This document shows, piece after piece, positions 1 through 17,145 of a stretch of DNA of 64,000 nucleotides. The stretch comes from Pseudomonadota bacterium. Lineage in GTDB: Bacteria; Pseudomonadota; Alphaproteobacteria; Rhodospirillales; Casp-alpha2. Numbering within the stretch: the first letter of the stretch is position 1; every line of letters starts with the position of its first letter. The notes beneath the pieces are model-generated. The model searched no databases and was not told the origin of the DNA. It worked only from the letters and a program-made list of their open reading frames with translations. The stretch lies in contig JAQBYB010000005.1 in assembly GCA_027624235.1 (NCBI GenBank), positions 1,794 to 65,793 on the forward strand, written 5' to 3'. The position numbers and the translations under genes are program-made.

Positions 1-432
1 GAAGCTGGCGCTGATTTTGTTGGCGGTGATGATCTGGCTGAAAAAATTCAAAATGGCGAGACCGGTTTTGATCGCTGTATCGCCACCCCGGATATGATGG
101 CGGTCGTTGGTAAGTTGGGTAAAGTTTTGGGCCCCAAGGGGTTGATGCCTAATCCTAAGCTTGGCACCGTCACAATGGATGTTAAGGGTGCTATTGCTGC
201 GGCCAAGGCTGGCCAGATTGAGTTTCGCGTCGAGAAAGAAGGGATTATTCATGCCGGTGTCGGCAAAACGAGCTTTTCGCCCGAACAACTGGCCGAAAAT
301 GTTTCCGCTTTCATTGACGCAATTCTCAGGGCAAAGCCGACCGGCGTTAAAGGCAGCTATTTAAAACGAGCATCCCTGAGTTCGACCATGGGGCCGGGCA
401 TTAAATTGGATGTCGGCCAACTAACGAGCTGA
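1..432 (+). CDS. rplA: 50S ribosomal protein L1, 5'-truncated by window edge
   Basis: Frame 1 is open from nt 1. The translation (...[35 protein letters not shown]...) is the conserved C-terminal part of L1, with TGA at 430-432. It is followed by rplJ-rplL-rpoBC as in the conserved cluster. Confidence 0.95.
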   Translation, partial: EAGADFVGGDDLAEKIQNGETGFDRCIATPDMMAVVGKLGKVLGPKGLMPNPKLGTVTMDVKGAIAAAKAGQIEFRVEKEGIIHAGVGKTSFSPEQLAENVSAFIDAILRAKPTGVKGSYLKRASLSSTMGPGIKLDVGQLTS

Positions 433-447
433 TGGCCTGAATGTTTG

Positions 448-469
448 ATCCCGGCTTTGCCGCCGGGAT
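448..469 (+). other. Stem-loop just downstream of the rplA stop
   Basis: atcccggc / tttgcc / gccgggat forms a perfect 8-bp stem. No T-run follows, so it is not a clear intrinsic terminator. Confidence 0.4.
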
Positions 470-795
470 GAAGAAATTAAGGAATTGCCGCAAAGACTGT
501 GTTTATTGGTCAATGCGGTGGTGGAAGCAGAAGTTAATTGCTTCCAACCTGTCCGAGACCGTAGGTGCCGCCGACTATGAGGTGGTTTAAGGGGACGTTC
601 CCGCCTACCGAGACAGTATGAGATCCGTTTTTGAACGCCTTTTATGGGTTCCCGAACGGCTTGAACTGTTGCACGGGACGGGCAAGTTGATCCTCAAGGA
701 TTGGCCCGTTTTGGGTCTCTTGGGGATCAAAGTGCAACGACGGTACGGCTCTTGTTTTCTTTTGGGCCTGCCGTCACGAAACTGGAGACGATCAA
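470..795 (+). promoter_or_regulatory. rplJ 5' leader region (candidate L10-leader autoregulatory RNA)
   Basis: There is a 364-nt non-coding gap between rplA and rplJ, and the only ORF there (618-809) is Trp/Arg/Leu-rich with no RBS. In many bacteria this position holds the L10(L12)4-binding leader. The fold was not verified here. Confidence 0.35.
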
Positions 796-1314
796 GTGGA
801 CCGAGTTGAAAAAGAAGAAGTGATCGCTTCGTTGCATAAGACGTTTGAGGATTCGTCCATCGTCGTCGTTACCCACTTTTCCGGGTTAACGGTAGCTGAG
901 ATGAGCGATCTTCGAAATAAAATGCGCGAGGTCGGCGCCAGCTTCAAGGTGTCGAAAAACCGGCTCACGCGTCGCGCTCTCGAAGGAACAAAGTATCAGC
1001 CCCTGGACAGCCTGTTCACCGGCCCGACTGGGATAGCCTATTCCCAAGATCCGGTGGCGGCGGCAAAGGCGGCTGTTAATTTTTCCAAGACCAACGACAA
1101 GCTCATTGTTCTGGGCGGCGCCCTGGGTGATGAGCATCTCGACGTCGCGAAAATTATATCACTCGCGAGCCTACCGTCGTTGGACGAATTGAGAGCAAAA
1201 ATCGTTGGCATGATTTGTACGCCAGCGACACGCATCGTCGGAGTACTGCAAGCGCCTGCGGGGCAAATAGCCCGTGTCATCAGCGCCCACAGTGCATCGG
1301 GCGAGGCCGCGTGA
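796..1314 (+). CDS. rplJ: 50S ribosomal protein L10
   Basis: GTG start with GGAG 8 nt upstream. The 172-aa product (MDRVEKEEVIASLHKTFEDSSIVVVTHFSGLTVAEMSDLR...) is typical L10, located upstream of rplL. Confidence 0.95.
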   Translation: MDRVEKEEVIASLHKTFEDSSIVVVTHFSGLTVAEMSDLRNKMREVGASFKVSKNRLTRRALEGTKYQPLDSLFTGPTGIAYSQDPVAAAKAAVNFSKTNDKLIVLGGALGDEHLDVAKIISLASLPSLDELRAKIVGMICTPATRIVGVLQAPAGQIARVISAHSASGEAA

Positions 1315-1371
1315 TCCGAATAACGAAGTTTCAGTATCAAATATAGTTCAAGCCCAAGGAGAAATGAGAAA

Positions 1372-1749
1372 ATGGCTAATCTAGATAAAATCGTTGATGA
1401 ACTGTCGAGTCTGACGGTAATGGAAGCCGCCGAGCTTTCAAACCTACTCGAAGAAAAATGGGGTGTTTCCGCCGCTGCCCCGGTAGCAGTTGCCGCTGTC
1501 GCCGGTGCTGGTGACGGCGCCGCTGCGGAAGCCGCAAGTGACGGAGTGGACGTTATCTTGACTGCTTACGGTGACAAGAAAATCAACGTCATCAAGGAAG
1601 TTCGCGCCATTACCCATCTTGGCCTGAAAGAAGCCAAAGAACTGGTTGAAGGTGCGCCCAAGGTCGTCAAAGAAGGCGTTAAGAAAGAAGAGGCCGAGGA
1701 GCTGAAGAAGAAGCTGGAAGCAGCCGGCGCCACGGTCGAACTGAAATAA
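1372..1749 (+). CDS. rplL: 50S ribosomal protein L7/L12
   Basis: 125 aa with an Ala-rich hinge and a C-terminal ...[60 protein letters not shown] is present. Confidence 0.97.
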   Translation: MANLDKIVDELSSLTVMEAAELSNLLEEKWGVSAAAPVAVAAVAGAGDGAAAEAASDGVDVILTAYGDKKINVIKEVRAITHLGLKEAKELVEGAPKVVKEGVKKEEAEELKKKLEAAGATVELK

Positions 1750-1752
1750 TGA

Positions 1753-1784
1753 ATTCCCGCCGGGTCGCAAGGCCCGGCGGGAAT
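1753..1784 (+). terminator. rplL-rpoB intercistronic hairpin (attenuator-type)
   Basis: A 12-bp perfect stem attcccgccggg (1753-1764) / cccggcgggaat (1773-1784) with an 8-nt loop, starting 4 nt after the rplL stop. The T-run is weak, consistent with partial termination ahead of rpoB. Confidence 0.6.
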
Positions 1785-2032
1785 AAGACTTTGTTACGAG
1801 AAGCTGTCGGTGGGAGGGCCTGCCGATTGCTTCAAATTGAACACGCATCCGCCTGTATTGACCTTGCCGCGGTCGGTAAAGCTGATGTGCATGCCCCGCC
1901 GGGCATTCTTACTCAGGGCCGATGGCCCTGTAGACGGGATGTCCATACGGCGGAAACGGAGTCTCTCCCATCTGGTAGCGGTGACCAGATGATCGAGGGA
2001 CTGGATTGAAATGAGAGCGTAAGGAAACTGTA

Positions 2033-5000
2033 ATGGAAACATCCTTCACGGGCCGTAAACGTGTGCGCAAGTATTTTGGCCGCCTGGCCGCGACCGTTGA
2101 AATGCCCAATCTGATCGAGGTTCAGAAAACCTCCTATGAACATTTTCTACAACGCGATACGGCTGTCGATAAAAGGACGAACACCGGGTTGCAGGAAGTT
2201 TTTAGGTCGGTTTATCCGATCAAGGATTTTTCCGAGCGCGGCACGCTTGAATTTGTCAGTTATAACTTCGAAGAACCGAAATATGACGTTGAAGAGTGCC
2301 AGCAGCGGGGAATGACCTATGCGGCGCCCTTGAAGGTGACGTTGCGTCTAGTGGTTTGGGACATCGACGAGGAAACCCAGGCCCGATCCATTCGGGACGT
2401 CAAGGAACAGGACGTCTATATGGGTGATATGCCGTTGATGACGGACAATGGCACTTTCGTTGTTAATGGCACGGAACGGGTTATCGTTTCGCAAATGCAC
2501 CGCTCTCCCGGTGTGTTTTTCGATCACGATAAAGGCAAGACCCATTCCTCTGGTAAATTCCTGTTTACCGCCCGCATCATTCCTTATCGGGGATCTTGGC
2601 TGGATTTGGAATTCGATTCCAAGGATCTGGTTTACGTGCGCATCGATCGGCGCCGCAAACTGCCGGCGACGACTTTGTTGCTGGCGCTGGACAGCGACGC
2701 GACCGAGAAACTCCGCGCCAAACGGAAAGTGGACGCCAAGCCACTTACGGCTGAAGAAAAAACTGGCATGAACCCAGAAGGGTTGCTCGATTATTTCTAC
2801 AAAAAGGTGGACTTTACCCGGGTACAGAAAAAGGGTTGGAAAACCGAATTCTTGGCTGACAGCCTACGGGCTGTGAAGCTGACCTCCGATCTGGTCAATG
2901 CTAAAACCAGCCGTGTCGCAGCCAAGACCGGCACCAAGATGACACCACGGTTGATTCGGGAATTGATCGATAAGGGGCTGAAGGAACTGTTGGTTCCGAC
3001 GGAAGACCTTATTGGGCGTTATGTTGCCTCGGATATTATCAACGAGAAAACCGGCGAAATCTACGTCGAGGCCGGTGATGAGATTACCGAAGAATCCATT
3101 AAAATTTTTGATGACGTTAAAATCGATGTCATTTCGACCCTCGCCATCGATCACATCAATGTCGGCCCCTATATCCGAAACACCCTTGCGGTCGATAAAA
3201 ACACAACCCGGGAAGAAGCCCTGATCGATATTTACCGTGTCATGCGACCGGGTGAACCGCCGACGCTGGATACCGCCGAGGCGTTGTTTGAGAGCCTCTT
3301 CTTTGACCCTGAACGATATGACCTATCTGCTGTAGGCCGGGTTAAAATGAATTCCCGTTTAGGCTTTGAAACCGATGATACCGTGAGGACCTTGCGCAAG
3401 CAGGACATCCTTGAAGTCGTTCGAACCATGGTCGAGATGAAAGATGGTCGTGGCGAAGTCGATGATATCGATCACCTTGGCAATCGCCGGGTCCGCTCGG
3501 TCGGTGAATTGATGGAAAACCAGTACCGGATTGGCCTGTTGCGAATGGAACGCGCCATTCGGGAACGCATGAGTTCCGTTGATATAGACACTGTCATGCC
3601 TCACGACCTGATCAATGCCAAACCGGCAGCGGGGGCAGTCCGTGAGTTTTTTGGCTCGTCACAGTTAAGCCAGTTCATGGACCAGACAAATCCATTGTCA
3701 GAAGTCACTCACAAACGACGGCTTTCAGCTCTGGGGCCGGGTGGCTTGACCCGTGAACGTGCCGGGTTCGAAGTTCGCGACGTGCATCCGACTCATTACG
3801 GCCGAATTTGTCCCATCGAAACCCCTGAAGGTCCAAATATTGGGCTTATCAACAGCCTTGCCACTTATGCTCGGGTCAACAAATACGGGTTCATCGAAAC
3901 CCCGTACCGACGGGTTGCAAATGGCAAATTAGGCAGTGAGGTCGTATATCTCTCGGCCATGGACGAAGGCCGCTACACTATCGCCCAGGCCAATGCCGAA
4001 GTTGATGAAAAAGGGAAGTTGATTCAGGATCTGGTCAGCAGCCGCAAAAGCGGTGACTTCGTAATGGTCCGCCCCGAAGATATCGATTTCATTGATGTTT
4101 CGCCCAAGCAGCTTGTGTCGGTGGCCACCGCGTTGATTCCTTTCTTGGAAAATGATGACGCCAACCGGGCCCTGATGGGTTCCAACATGATGCGCCAGGC
4201 GGTGCCGTTGATTCAACCCGAGGCGCCTTTGGTCGGTACCGGCATGGAAGCCACTGTTGCCCGTGATTCCGGGGCTACCATCGTTGCCAAGCGTTCCGGC
4301 GTTGTTGACCAAATCGATGCCACCCGCATCGTCGTCAGCGCCACCGAGGAAAAATCCCACTCCGAGACTGGGGTGGACATCTATAATCTCTTGAAGTTTC
4401 AACGCTCGAACCAAAACACCTACCTGCATCAGCGTCCGCTGGTGAAGGTTGGCGATAAGGTGAGAGTCGGTGATACTATTGCCGACGGCCCGTCTACGGA
4501 CCTTGGTGATCTGGCGCTTGGCCGTAATGTGCTTGTCGCCTTCATGCCTTGGCAAGGCTACAACTTCGAGGATTCGATCCTGATCTCGGAACGGATTGTG
4601 CGCGATGACGTCTTTACCTCAATTCATATTGAAGAATTCGAGGTCATGGCCCGAGACACGAAACTAGGCCAGGAAGAAATCACCCGGGACATTCCCAACG
4701 TCGGTGAAGAGGCGCTCAAGAATCTGGATGAAGCCGGCATCGTTTATATCGGCGCCGAAGTCAAACCGAGCGATATTCTGGTCGGCAAAGTGACGCCGAA
4801 GGGCGAAAGCCCGATGACTCCGGAAGAGAAACTGCTGCGCGCTATCTTTGGCGAGAAGGCTTCCGATGTACGCGATACCTCGTTGAAACTGCCGCCGGGC
4901 GTTTCCGGTACGGTTGTCGAGGTACGGGTGTTCTCTCGCCGCGGCGTTGACAAGGATGAACGTGCCTTAGCCATCGAACGGGCCGAAATTGATCGTTTGG

Positions 5001-6193
5001 CCAAGGACCGTGATGACGAGCGCGCGATCCTCGAACGTAGCTTTCAGGCGCGACTGAAGGCCCTGCTTTTGGATAAAAAATCAGCCGGAGGGCCTAAGGG
5101 ACTCAAAACGGGGACCAAGCTGACGAACGAAGTTCTGGATTCTTATACCCCGGGTCAATGCTCCCAAATCATTGTCGCAAATGATACGGTGATGAAGGAC
5201 ATCGAGGCTCTTAAAGGCAAATTCGAAGCCGATATCGCTATTCTTCAAGGGCGTTTCGAAAACAAAGTCGATAAGTTACAGCGTGGCGACGACCTCAGTC
5301 CCGGCGTGATGAAGATGGTCAAAGTCTTCGTTGCCGTGAAACGTAAATTACAACCCGGTGACAAAATGGCCGGTCGTCACGGTAACAAGGGCGTCATTTC
5401 GAAGATTATGCCCTCCGAAGATATGCCCTATCTTGAGGATGGTACGCCAGTGGATGTGCTGCTTAATCCGCTTGGGGTTCCATCCCGCATGAACGTCGGC
5501 CAGATTCTGGAAACTCATTTGGGTTGGGCTTGTGCCGGGCTCGGTATCCAGATCGGTGAAATGCTTGATGTTGCCCAAAAGGATGGCGACACCAAAAACC
5601 TTCGGGCCAAGCTCAAGGATGTTTACGGACCGCAGACCTATAAGGAAAGCGTCAGTGACCTGAATGATGTTGAGGTTCTTGAGCTCGCCAACAATCTCCG
5701 TGGCGGCGTTCCGATTGCTACCCCTGTGTTTGACGGCGCCCATGAAAGTGACATCGTCGAGATGCTTGAAAAGGCGGGGCTCAGCAGTTCCGGCCAAGTG
5801 ACCTTGGTTGATGGCCGCACCGGCGAAACCTTCGATCGCCAGGTAACGGTTGGATACATCTATATGCTGAAACTGCATCATCTTGTTGATGACAAGATTC
5901 ATGCCCGCTCAATCGGGCCTTACAGTCTGGTTACCCAGCAGCCGCTTGGCGGCAAGGCTCAGTTCGGCGGACAACGGTTCGGCGAGATGGAGGTTTGGGC
6001 GCTGGAAGCATATGGCGCTGCTTATACCTTGCAAGAAATGTTGACGGTTAAATCGGATGATGTATCCGGTCGTACCAAGGTCTACGAAGCCATCGTCCGT
6101 GGCGATGATACCTTCGAGGCCGGCATCCCTGAATCGTTCAATGTTTTGGTTAAGGAATTGCATTCCCTTGGCCTCAACCTTGAACTCGGTTAG
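2033..6193 (+). CDS. rpoB: DNA-directed RNA polymerase subunit beta
   Basis: 1386 aa. [16 protein letters not shown]..., with conserved blocks [26 protein letters not shown] and GRHGNKGV. Confidence 0.99.
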   Translation: METSFTGRKRVRKYFGRLAATVEMPNLIEVQKTSYEHFLQRDTAVDKRTNTGLQEVFRSVYPIKDFSERGTLEFVSYNFEEPKYDVEECQQRGMTYAAPLKVTLRLVVWDIDEETQARSIRDVKEQDVYMGDMPLMTDNGTFVVNGTERVIVSQMHRSPGVFFDHDKGKTHSSGKFLFTARIIPYRGSWLDLEFDSKDLVYVRIDRRRKLPATTLLLALDSDATEKLRAKRKVDAKPLTAEEKTGMNPEGLLDYFYKKVDFTRVQKKGWKTEFLADSLRAVKLTSDLVNAKTSRVAAKTGTKMTPRLIRELIDKGLKELLVPTEDLIGRYVASDIINEKTGEIYVEAGDEITEESIKIFDDVKIDVISTLAIDHINVGPYIRNTLAVDKNTTREEALIDIYRVMRPGEPPTLDTAEALFESLFFDPERYDLSAVGRVKMNSRLGFETDDTVRTLRKQDILEVVRTMVEMKDGRGEVDDIDHLGNRRVRSVGELMENQYRIGLLRMERAIRERMSSVDIDTVMPHDLINAKPAAGAVREFFGSSQLSQFMDQTNPLSEVTHKRRLSALGPGGLTRERAGFEVRDVHPTHYGRICPIETPEGPNIGLINSLATYARVNKYGFIETPYRRVANGKLGSEVVYLSAMDEGRYTIAQANAEVDEKGKLIQDLVSSRKSGDFVMVRPEDIDFIDVSPKQLVSVATALIPFLENDDANRALMGSNMMRQAVPLIQPEAPLVGTGMEATVARDSGATIVAKRSGVVDQIDATRIVVSATEEKSHSETGVDIYNLLKFQRSNQNTYLHQRPLVKVGDKVRVGDTIADGPSTDLGDLALGRNVLVAFMPWQGYNFEDSILISERIVRDDVFTSIHIEEFEVMARDTKLGQEEITRDIPNVGEEALKNLDEAGIVYIGAEVKPSDILVGKVTPKGESPMTPEEKLLRAIFGEKASDVRDTSLKLPPGVSGTVVEVRVFSRRGVDKDERALAIERAEIDRLAKDRDDERAILERSFQARLKALLLDKKSAGGPKGLKTGTKLTNEVLDSYTPGQCSQIIVANDTVMKDIEALKGKFEADIAILQGRFENKVDKLQRGDDLSPGVMKMVKVFVAVKRKLQPGDKMAGRHGNKGVISKIMPSEDMPYLEDGTPVDVLLNPLGVPSRMNVGQILETHLGWACAGLGIQIGEMLDVAQKDGDTKNLRAKLKDVYGPQTYKESVSDLNDVEVLELANNLRGGVPIATPVFDGAHESDIVEMLEKAGLSSSGQVTLVDGRTGETFDRQVTVGYIYMLKLHHLVDDKIHARSIGPYSLVTQQPLGGKAQFGGQRFGEMEVWALEAYGAAYTLQEMLTVKSDDVSGRTKVYEAIVRGDDTFEAGIPESFNVLVKELHSLGLNLELG

Positions 6194-6209
6194 CCGCGAC
6201 TGGCGCTAG

Positions 6210-10415
<4,206 letters not shown>

Positions 10416-10499
10416 GGTCGATAAAGGCTGAAATTTATACCAGCGGCCCGGATAGTTCCGGGTCGCCGGAAACCCTTTGAAATTCAGCGTTTTTAGTGC

Positions 10500-10528
10500 T
10501 TGACGGGGTCGGAACCCGTATCTATATT
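10500..10528 (+). promoter_or_regulatory. Sigma70-type promoter for the rpsL-rpsG-fusA-tuf operon
   Basis: TTGACG (10500-10505), a 17-nt spacer, then TATATT (10523-10528). It lies in the 380-nt rpoC-rpsL gap and leaves a leader of about 260 nt. Confidence 0.6.
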
Positions 10529-10795
10529 CCGGCCACTTCGCAGGCGCTGGTGGTAGACTGTTCGGTCTAGACGCAGATGCCAACGCGATTTGAGAAAAAT
10601 TTGAATTAAGCCTCCGGGCGAATTTGCTACGACCGGAAGGTTTATCATTTTGCCCTTGATTAGTTAGTTATTTCAAGGGTTTGGCAGCAGGGAGCAAGGC
10701 CCTGGTGTCGTTGATTGTGTAAAGATATTGGCATTTTGCCGATTTAAGACTGGGTAACCGGTGGTTCGATCACCGAAAATAAACGGGATAATCCT

Positions 10796-11167
10796 ATGCC
10801 GACTATCAACCAACTGGTTCGTAAACCGCGCAAGCCGCCAGCAGAGCGCAACAAAGTTCCTGCTTTGGAACAGTGCCCGCAAAAGCGTGGCGTTTGCACA
10901 CGCGTCTATACGACGACGCCGAAAAAGCCTAACTCGGCCCTCCGTAAGGTTGCCCGTGTTCGTCTGACCAATGGTTTTGAGGTCACCTCTTATATACCCG
11001 GTGAGGGTCATAACCTGCAGGAGCACTCGGTCGTTATGATCCGTGGTGGCCGCGTTAAGGATCTTCCCGGTGTTCGTTATCACGTTATTCGCGGCATCCT
11101 TGACACTCAAGGTGTTTCCGAACGCCGCCAGCGCCGATCCAAATACGGCGCCAAACGGCCGAAATAA
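10796..11167 (+). CDS. rpsL: 30S ribosomal protein S12
   Basis: 123 aa, [13 protein letters not shown]...[19 protein letters not shown]... Confidence 0.98.
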   Translation: MPTINQLVRKPRKPPAERNKVPALEQCPQKRGVCTRVYTTTPKKPNSALRKVARVRLTNGFEVTSYIPGEGHNLQEHSVVMIRGGRVKDLPGVRYHVIRGILDTQGVSERRQRRSKYGAKRPK

Positions 11168-11650
<483 letters not shown>

Positions 11651-11671
11651 AGCTTCCTAGGATTTAAAGTA

Positions 11672-13750
11672 ATGGCACGCGAAACCCCCCTCAACAAGTA
11701 CCGTAATATCGGCATCATGGCGCATATTGATGCTGGTAAGACGACGACCACGGAACGGATCCTGTATTACACCGGCAAGTCCTATAAAATGGGCGAGGTC
11801 CATGACGGCAACGCCACAATGGACTGGATGGAACAAGAGCAGGAACGCGGTATTACCATTACCTCGGCGGCGACGACATGCTTCTGGGATGACCACCGGA
11901 TCAACATCATTGATACCCCCGGTCACGTGGATTTCACCATCGAAGTGGAACGTAGCCTTCGTGTTCTGGACGGTGCTGTTGCCGTGTTCGATTCGGTTGC
12001 CGGCGTTGAGCCCCAGTCGGAAACGGTCTGGCGGCAAGCCGATAAGTACGATGTCCCGAGGATTTGCTTTATCAACAAGATGGACCGCATCGGTACCGAT
12101 TTTTACCGTTGTGTCGATATGATTATTGACCGCTTGGGCGCGAACCCCCTGGTTACGCAACTTCCCATTGGCAGCGAAGCCGATTTTGTCGGTCTTGTCG
12201 ATTTGATCACCATGAAAGCGATCGTTTGGAAAGATGAAAATCTTGGTGCCGAATTTGAACATTTAGACATCCCTGCTGACTTGGCCGACAAGGCTGCGCA
12301 ATACCGTGAAAAGCTTGTTGAAACTGCCCTCGAACAGGATGATGTGGCGCTGGAAGCGTACCTTGAAGGCGAACAGCCTGATGAGGCAACCCTCCTTAAA
12401 TGCATTCGTTCCGGCACCATCGCCGGTGACTTCGTTCCGGTGCTGCTTGGTTCGGCGTTCAAGAACAAAGGTGTTCAGCCGTTGTTGGACGCGGTTGTTA
12501 ATTATTTACCGTCTCCGATGGACGTCCCCGCCATTAAAGGCCTTAAAGTCGATAGCGATGAGGAAATCGTACGCAAGAGTTCAGACGAAGAGCCCTTCGC
12601 CGCGCTGGCCTTCAAGATCATGAATGATTCTTTCGTTGGCTCCCTGACCTTCATTCGGATTTATTCGGGCGTGCTCGAAACCGGAACCACCGTCATAAAC
12701 ACCGTCAAGGGAAAGCGCGAGCGGGTTGGCCGAATGTTGTTAATGCATTCAAACAGTCGCGAGGACGTCAAGGAAGCCCGCGCCGGCGATATTTTGGCCC
12801 TGGCCGGTCTAAAAGATACGACTACCGGCGACACCATTTGCGACTCCAATAATCAAGTGATCCTGGAACGGATGGAATTTCCGGATCCGGTTATTGAAAT
12901 TTCGGTCGAGCCCAAAACCCAAAGCGATCAGGAAAAAATGGGCGTCGCCTTGCACCGCTTGGCTGCTGAAGATCCTTCCTTCCGTGTTTCCACCGATATC
13001 GAATCCGGTCAGACCATCATCAAGGGCATGGGCGAACTTCACTTGGAAATTATTGTTGATCGAATGCGTCGGGAATTCCAGGTCGAGGCCAATATTGGCC
13101 AACCTCAAGTTGCCTACCGTGAAACTATTTCCAAAGTAGCCGACGTCGATTACACCCACAAAAAACAAACCGGCGGCTCAGGTCAATACGCCCGGATCAA
13201 GTTGAGGGCGGAACCGTTGCCGTCCGGTTCCGGCTTTGAATTTGAAAATAAAGTGGTTGGCGGCAACATTCCCAAGGAATTCATCCCAGGCGTTGAAAAA
13301 GGCCTCAAGAGTGCTTTGGAATCCGGCATTAAAACCGGTTTCCCGGTGACCGACTTGAAGGTAACTCTTTATGACGGCGCATCCCACGATGTTGATTCCA
13401 GCGTTATGGCTTTCGAGATCGCGGCGCGTGCTGCCTTTCGCGAATTGGCGGCAAAGGCTGGGCCAAAGGTTTTGGAACCGATGATGCGGGTCGAGGTGGT
13501 TACTCCAGATGAATATCTTGGTGACATCATCGGCGATTTGAATAGCCGTCGCGGTAGCATCGGCGGCATGGACCAGCGCGGCAATGCCCGCGTCGTCAAT
13601 GCCCAAGTCCCGCTTTCCAACATGTTTGGTTACGTTAATACGCTTCGTTCCATGAGTCAGGGGCGGGCCCAGTTTACAATGCATTTTGATCACTACGCGG
13701 TTGTTCCCGCACAGGTTTCCGATGAAATCCAAACCCGGCTTGCCGGATAA
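11672..13750 (+). CDS. fusA: Elongation factor G
   Basis: 692 aa with GTPase motifs [17 protein letters not shown] and NKMD. Confidence 0.98.
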   Translation: MARETPLNKYRNIGIMAHIDAGKTTTTERILYYTGKSYKMGEVHDGNATMDWMEQEQERGITITSAATTCFWDDHRINIIDTPGHVDFTIEVERSLRVLDGAVAVFDSVAGVEPQSETVWRQADKYDVPRICFINKMDRIGTDFYRCVDMIIDRLGANPLVTQLPIGSEADFVGLVDLITMKAIVWKDENLGAEFEHLDIPADLADKAAQYREKLVETALEQDDVALEAYLEGEQPDEATLLKCIRSGTIAGDFVPVLLGSAFKNKGVQPLLDAVVNYLPSPMDVPAIKGLKVDSDEEIVRKSSDEEPFAALAFKIMNDSFVGSLTFIRIYSGVLETGTTVINTVKGKRERVGRMLLMHSNSREDVKEARAGDILALAGLKDTTTGDTICDSNNQVILERMEFPDPVIEISVEPKTQSDQEKMGVALHRLAAEDPSFRVSTDIESGQTIIKGMGELHLEIIVDRMRREFQVEANIGQPQVAYRETISKVADVDYTHKKQTGGSGQYARIKLRAEPLPSGSGFEFENKVVGGNIPKEFIPGVEKGLKSALESGIKTGFPVTDLKVTLYDGASHDVDSSVMAFEIAARAAFRELAAKAGPKVLEPMMRVEVVTPDEYLGDIIGDLNSRRGSIGGMDQRGNARVVNAQVPLSNMFGYVNTLRSMSQGRAQFTMHFDHYAVVPAQVSDEIQTRLAG

Positions 13751-13792
13751 GGTGCCTGGTTAAGAATCCCGCACGGCACGGAGAATATAAAA

Positions 13793-14983
13793 ATGGCCAA
13801 AGAAAAGTTTGAACGCACGAAACCGCACTGCAACATCGGCACGATTGGTCACGTTGACCATGGCAAGACGACGTTGACGGCGGCAATCACGAAGGTTTTG
13901 TCGGAGCAGGGCGGCGCCGAATTCATAGCGTTTGCGGATATCGATAAGGCGCCTGAAGAACGCGAGCGCGGGATCACGATTTCGACGGCGCACGTTGAGT
14001 ATTCGACGAAGGCCCGTCATTACGCGCACGTCGATTGCCCTGGTCACGCGGATTATGTGAAGAACATGATCACCGGTGCGGCGCAGATGGACGGCGCGAT
14101 TTTGGTTGTTTCGGCGGCCGATGGCCCGATGCCGCAGACCCGTGAGCATATTCTTCTGGCGCGTCAGGTTGGTGTACCGTCGCTTGTTGTATTTTTGAAC
14201 AAGATTGACCAGGTTGACGATCCGGAGCTTCTGGAACTCGTCGAGATGGAAATCCGCGAGCTTTTGTCGAGCTACGACTTTCCGGGCGACGATATTCCGA
14301 TTGTTGCGGGTTCGGCGCTGGCGGCCCTGGAAGGTCGTGACGACGATATCGGCAAGGAAGCGATTCTGAAGCTGATGGAAGCGGTTGACAGCTACATTCC
14401 GCAGCCCGACCGCCCGAAGGACCAGCCGTTCCTGATGCCGATCGAAGATGTGTTTTCGATTTCGGGCCGGGGCACTGTTGTGACGGGCCGTATTGAGCGC
14501 GGAGTTGTTAAGGTCGGCGAAGAGATCGAGATTGTCGGCGTCAAGGATACGCAAAAGACGACGTGCACGGGCGTTGAAATGTTCCGCAAGCTTCTCGACA
14601 CGGGGGAAGCGGGGGACAATGTCGGAGTTCTGCTTCGCGGCACCAAGCGCGAAGAGGTTGAGCGCGGTCAGGTTCTGGCGAAGCCGGGATCGATCACGCC
14701 GCACACCAAGTTCACGTGCGAAGCCTATGTCCTGACGAAGGATGAAGGTGGCCGTCACACGCCGTTTTTTGCCAACTACCGTCCGCAGTTTTACTTCCGC
14801 ACGACGGACGTGACGGGAACGGTTGAACTGCCGGCGGGCACGGAAATGGTAATGCCGGGCGACAACATCACGATGGACGTCACCCTGATTGCCCCGATCG
14901 CCATGGACGATGGCTTGCGCTTCGCTATTCGCGAAGGCGGCCGCACCGTCGGCGCCGGCGTCGTTGTCAAGGTTTTAGAGTAG
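13793..14983 (+). CDS. tuf: Elongation factor Tu
   Basis: 396 aa, [28 protein letters not shown]..., with DCPGHADY and NKID. Confidence 0.99.
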   Translation: MAKEKFERTKPHCNIGTIGHVDHGKTTLTAAITKVLSEQGGAEFIAFADIDKAPEERERGITISTAHVEYSTKARHYAHVDCPGHADYVKNMITGAAQMDGAILVVSAADGPMPQTREHILLARQVGVPSLVVFLNKIDQVDDPELLELVEMEIRELLSSYDFPGDDIPIVAGSALAALEGRDDDIGKEAILKLMEAVDSYIPQPDRPKDQPFLMPIEDVFSISGRGTVVTGRIERGVVKVGEEIEIVGVKDTQKTTCTGVEMFRKLLDTGEAGDNVGVLLRGTKREEVERGQVLAKPGSITPHTKFTCEAYVLTKDEGGRHTPFFANYRPQFYFRTTDVTGTVELPAGTEMVMPGDNITMDVTLIAPIAMDDGLRFAIREGGRTVGAGVVVKVLE

Positions 14984-14995
14984 AGGATCAACTTG

Positions 14996-15023
14996 CCGGC
15001 CCGATTTTGGGCCGGTGGTTTTT
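14996..15023 (+). terminator. Rho-independent terminator/attenuator between tuf and rpsJ
   Basis: Stem ccggccc (14996-15002) / gggccgg (15009-15015) with loop gatttt, followed by tggttttt. Confidence 0.65.
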
Positions 15024-15040
15024 AATGGGACTTAAAGTCA

Positions 15041-15349
15041 ATGGATCAACAAAGCATCCGAATTCGTCTGAAGGCGTACGATCACAGAGTTCTTGATCAG
15101 TCGGCGAAAGAGATCGTCAACACCGCCCAGAGGACAGGCGCCCGAGTAAGGGGTCCCATTCCTTTACCTACGCGGATTGAAAAATTTACTGTTCTGCGTT
15201 CCCCGCACATCGATAAAAAGTCGCGGGAGCAGTTTGAGATAAGAACCCACAAACGGGTTTTGGACATTGTAGAGCCGACCCAGCAAACCGTTGATGCCTT
15301 GATGAAACTTGACCTCGCCGCTGGGGTCAATGTTGAAATCAAGCTTTAA
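15041..15349 (+). CDS. rpsJ: 30S ribosomal protein S10
   Basis: 102 aa, [26 protein letters not shown]... Confidence 0.98.
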   Translation: MDQQSIRIRLKAYDHRVLDQSAKEIVNTAQRTGARVRGPIPLPTRIEKFTVLRSPHIDKKSREQFEIRTHKRVLDIVEPTQQTVDALMKLDLAAGVNVEIKL

Positions 15350-15385
15350 CGGTTCCTAGGGATCGGGTTCAGGAATATAGACGTC

Positions 15386-16180
15386 ATGCGTACTGGTTTA
15401 ATAGCTCGCAAGCTTGGAATGTCGCGATTGTTCGGCGATGACGGCACCCACGTGCCTGTTACCGTTCTGGACGCCGGCGACTGTCAGGTTGTTGCACAGA
15501 AGGTCAAGGATCGGGACGGTTATAGCGCCCTGCAATTAGGCTTGGGTAAGGCGAAGGTAAAAAACGTTGGCAAGGCTATGCGCGGCCATTTTGCCAAGTC
15601 CAAGATCGAACCGAAACAGAAGCTTGTCGAATTTCGGGTGTCTGAAGATGCCATGGTTGACGTCGGCACTGAATTATCGGCGGCCCATTTTGTTACAGGC
15701 CAATTTGTTGATGTAACCGGAACATCCATCGGAAAGGGCTTCGCCGGCGGTATGAAGCGGCATGGATTTAGCGGCTTGCGCGCCTCTCATGGTGTATCAG
15801 TTTCGCATCGCTCGCTTGGTTCAATTGGCCAGTGTCAGGACCCCGGCAGGGTTTTTAAGGGCAAGAAAATGGCCGGGCAAATGGGCAATGTTCGTGTCAC
15901 CGCGCAAAACCTTAAAGTTATCGCCACTGATATCGAACGCGGTCTCATTCTGGTTAAAGGCGCGGTCCCCGGATCCAAAGGCGGGTACGTGCGAATTACC
16001 GACGCCGTCAAAAAGCAACTTCCCGACGGCGCTCCTTTCCCCTGCATGGTGAAAGGCCAAGAGACAACGGCATCGGTTGAAGAGGAAGCGGTCGTCGCGG
16101 CGGTCGAAGAAGTGGTCGAGCAAGGCGCCGCCCCTGAGAATGAAGCCCCTAATAATACAGCCGAAAAGAAAGAGGACTAA
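15386..16180 (+). CDS. rplC: 50S ribosomal protein L3
   Basis: 264 aa, [16 protein letters not shown]... It carries an acidic Ala/Glu/Val-rich C-terminal tail of about 55 aa after ...ITDAVKK. Confidence 0.97.
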   Translation: MRTGLIARKLGMSRLFGDDGTHVPVTVLDAGDCQVVAQKVKDRDGYSALQLGLGKAKVKNVGKAMRGHFAKSKIEPKQKLVEFRVSEDAMVDVGTELSAAHFVTGQFVDVTGTSIGKGFAGGMKRHGFSGLRASHGVSVSHRSLGSIGQCQDPGRVFKGKKMAGQMGNVRVTAQNLKVIATDIERGLILVKGAVPGSKGGYVRITDAVKKQLPDGAPFPCMVKGQETTASVEEEAVVAAVEEVVEQGAAPENEAPNNTAEKKED

Positions 16181-16186
16181 TCGGTC

Positions 16187-16807
16187 ATGCAGTGCGACGT
16201 CATAACACTTGCCAACAAGAAGACAGGCACCATCGAACTCGACGATGCCGTTTTCGGGACTGATGTTCGCCGCGACCTCATGGCCCGCGCCGTTAATTGG
16301 CAATTGGCCAAGCGCCGTTCCGGTAACGCAAAGACCAAGGACCGCAGCGAGGTCAAGGCTAGAAAGGGAAAGCCTTTCGCTCAGAAAGGTGGTGGCCGAG
16401 CGCGTCAAGGCACCACAGTGGCGCCGCAGATGCGTGGCGGCGGCGTTGCTTTTGGACCCCAGGTTCGCTCTCACGCCCACAAATTGCCGAAAAAAGTTCG
16501 CCTGCTAGCTCTGAAATCGGCGTTGAGCGCCAAGCAGGCCGAAGGCAAGCTAGTGGTTATCGACGAAGCCAGGATGAAGCAGGCCAAGACACAGGATTTG
16601 ATGAAGCAGCTGGATAAGCTGAACTGGGGCAGGGTCTTGGTTATCGATGGCGCCGAAATTGACGGCAACTTTGCCAAAGCCGCCGGAAACATCAACGGTA
16701 TCGACATCCTGCCCTGCGCCGGCGCCAATGTTTATGACATTTTACGCCGCGATACCTTGGTGCTGACTCGTGACGGCGTGGAGAAGTTGATGGAGCGGTT
16801 AAAATGA
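16187..16807 (+). CDS. rplD: 50S ribosomal protein L4
   Basis: 206 aa containing [16 protein letters not shown], in the conserved S10-operon position. Confidence 0.97.
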   Translation: MQCDVITLANKKTGTIELDDAVFGTDVRRDLMARAVNWQLAKRRSGNAKTKDRSEVKARKGKPFAQKGGGRARQGTTVAPQMRGGGVAFGPQVRSHAHKLPKKVRLLALKSALSAKQAEGKLVVIDEARMKQAKTQDLMKQLDKLNWGRVLVIDGAEIDGNFAKAAGNINGIDILPCAGANVYDILRRDTLVLTRDGVEKLMERLK

Positions 16808-17127
16808 AGAAATACGATGGCCGCAACGTCAAACCCAGCAAGGGCAGAATCTACGAGTTGATCAGAACTCCTGTGGTTACGGAAAAGGCGACTCTTATAT
16901 CTGAACATAACCAAGTCACCTTCCTGGTGCCGTTGGACGCTAATAAGTTCGAGATCAAGATTGCGGTTGAAAACTTGTTCAAAGTTAAGGTCTCGGCGGT
17001 CAATACGCTGCGTAAGAAAGGCAAGGTTAAAAGCTTCCGGGGCTATGTCGGAAAGCAGGTTGAAACGAAAAAAGCAGTCGTCACGCTGGCCGAAGGCCAG
17101 TCGATTGACGTTATGACTGGCATTTAG
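16804..17127 (+). CDS. rplW: 50S ribosomal protein L23
   Basis: 107 aa containing ...[11 protein letters not shown]... Its start forms an ATGA overlap with the rplD stop. Confidence 0.95.
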   Translation: MKKYDGRNVKPSKGRIYELIRTPVVTEKATLISEHNQVTFLVPLDANKFEIKIAVENLFKVKVSAVNTLRKKGKVKSFRGYVGKQVETKKAVVTLAEGQSIDVMTGI

Positions 17128-17145
17128 GCGGGGCTTGAGACGACC

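Noticed and set aside
10443-10466. Hairpin gcggcccgg/atagtt/ccgggtcgc after rpoC as an intrinsic terminator
   Set aside because: The stem contains a G-U pair and no T-run follows. It may be a stabilising stem-loop, but a terminator call is not supported.
10673-11110. 145-aa minus-strand ORF overlapping rpsL and its leader
   Set aside because: It is antisense to S12 and has no RBS or recognisable motif.
13760-14758. 332-aa minus-strand ORF covering most of tuf
   Set aside because: It is antisense to an unambiguous EF-Tu gene. The product is extremely Arg-rich and low-complexity ([15 protein letters not shown]..., [15 protein letters not shown]), typical of off-frame reading of a GC-rich coding region, and there is no RBS.
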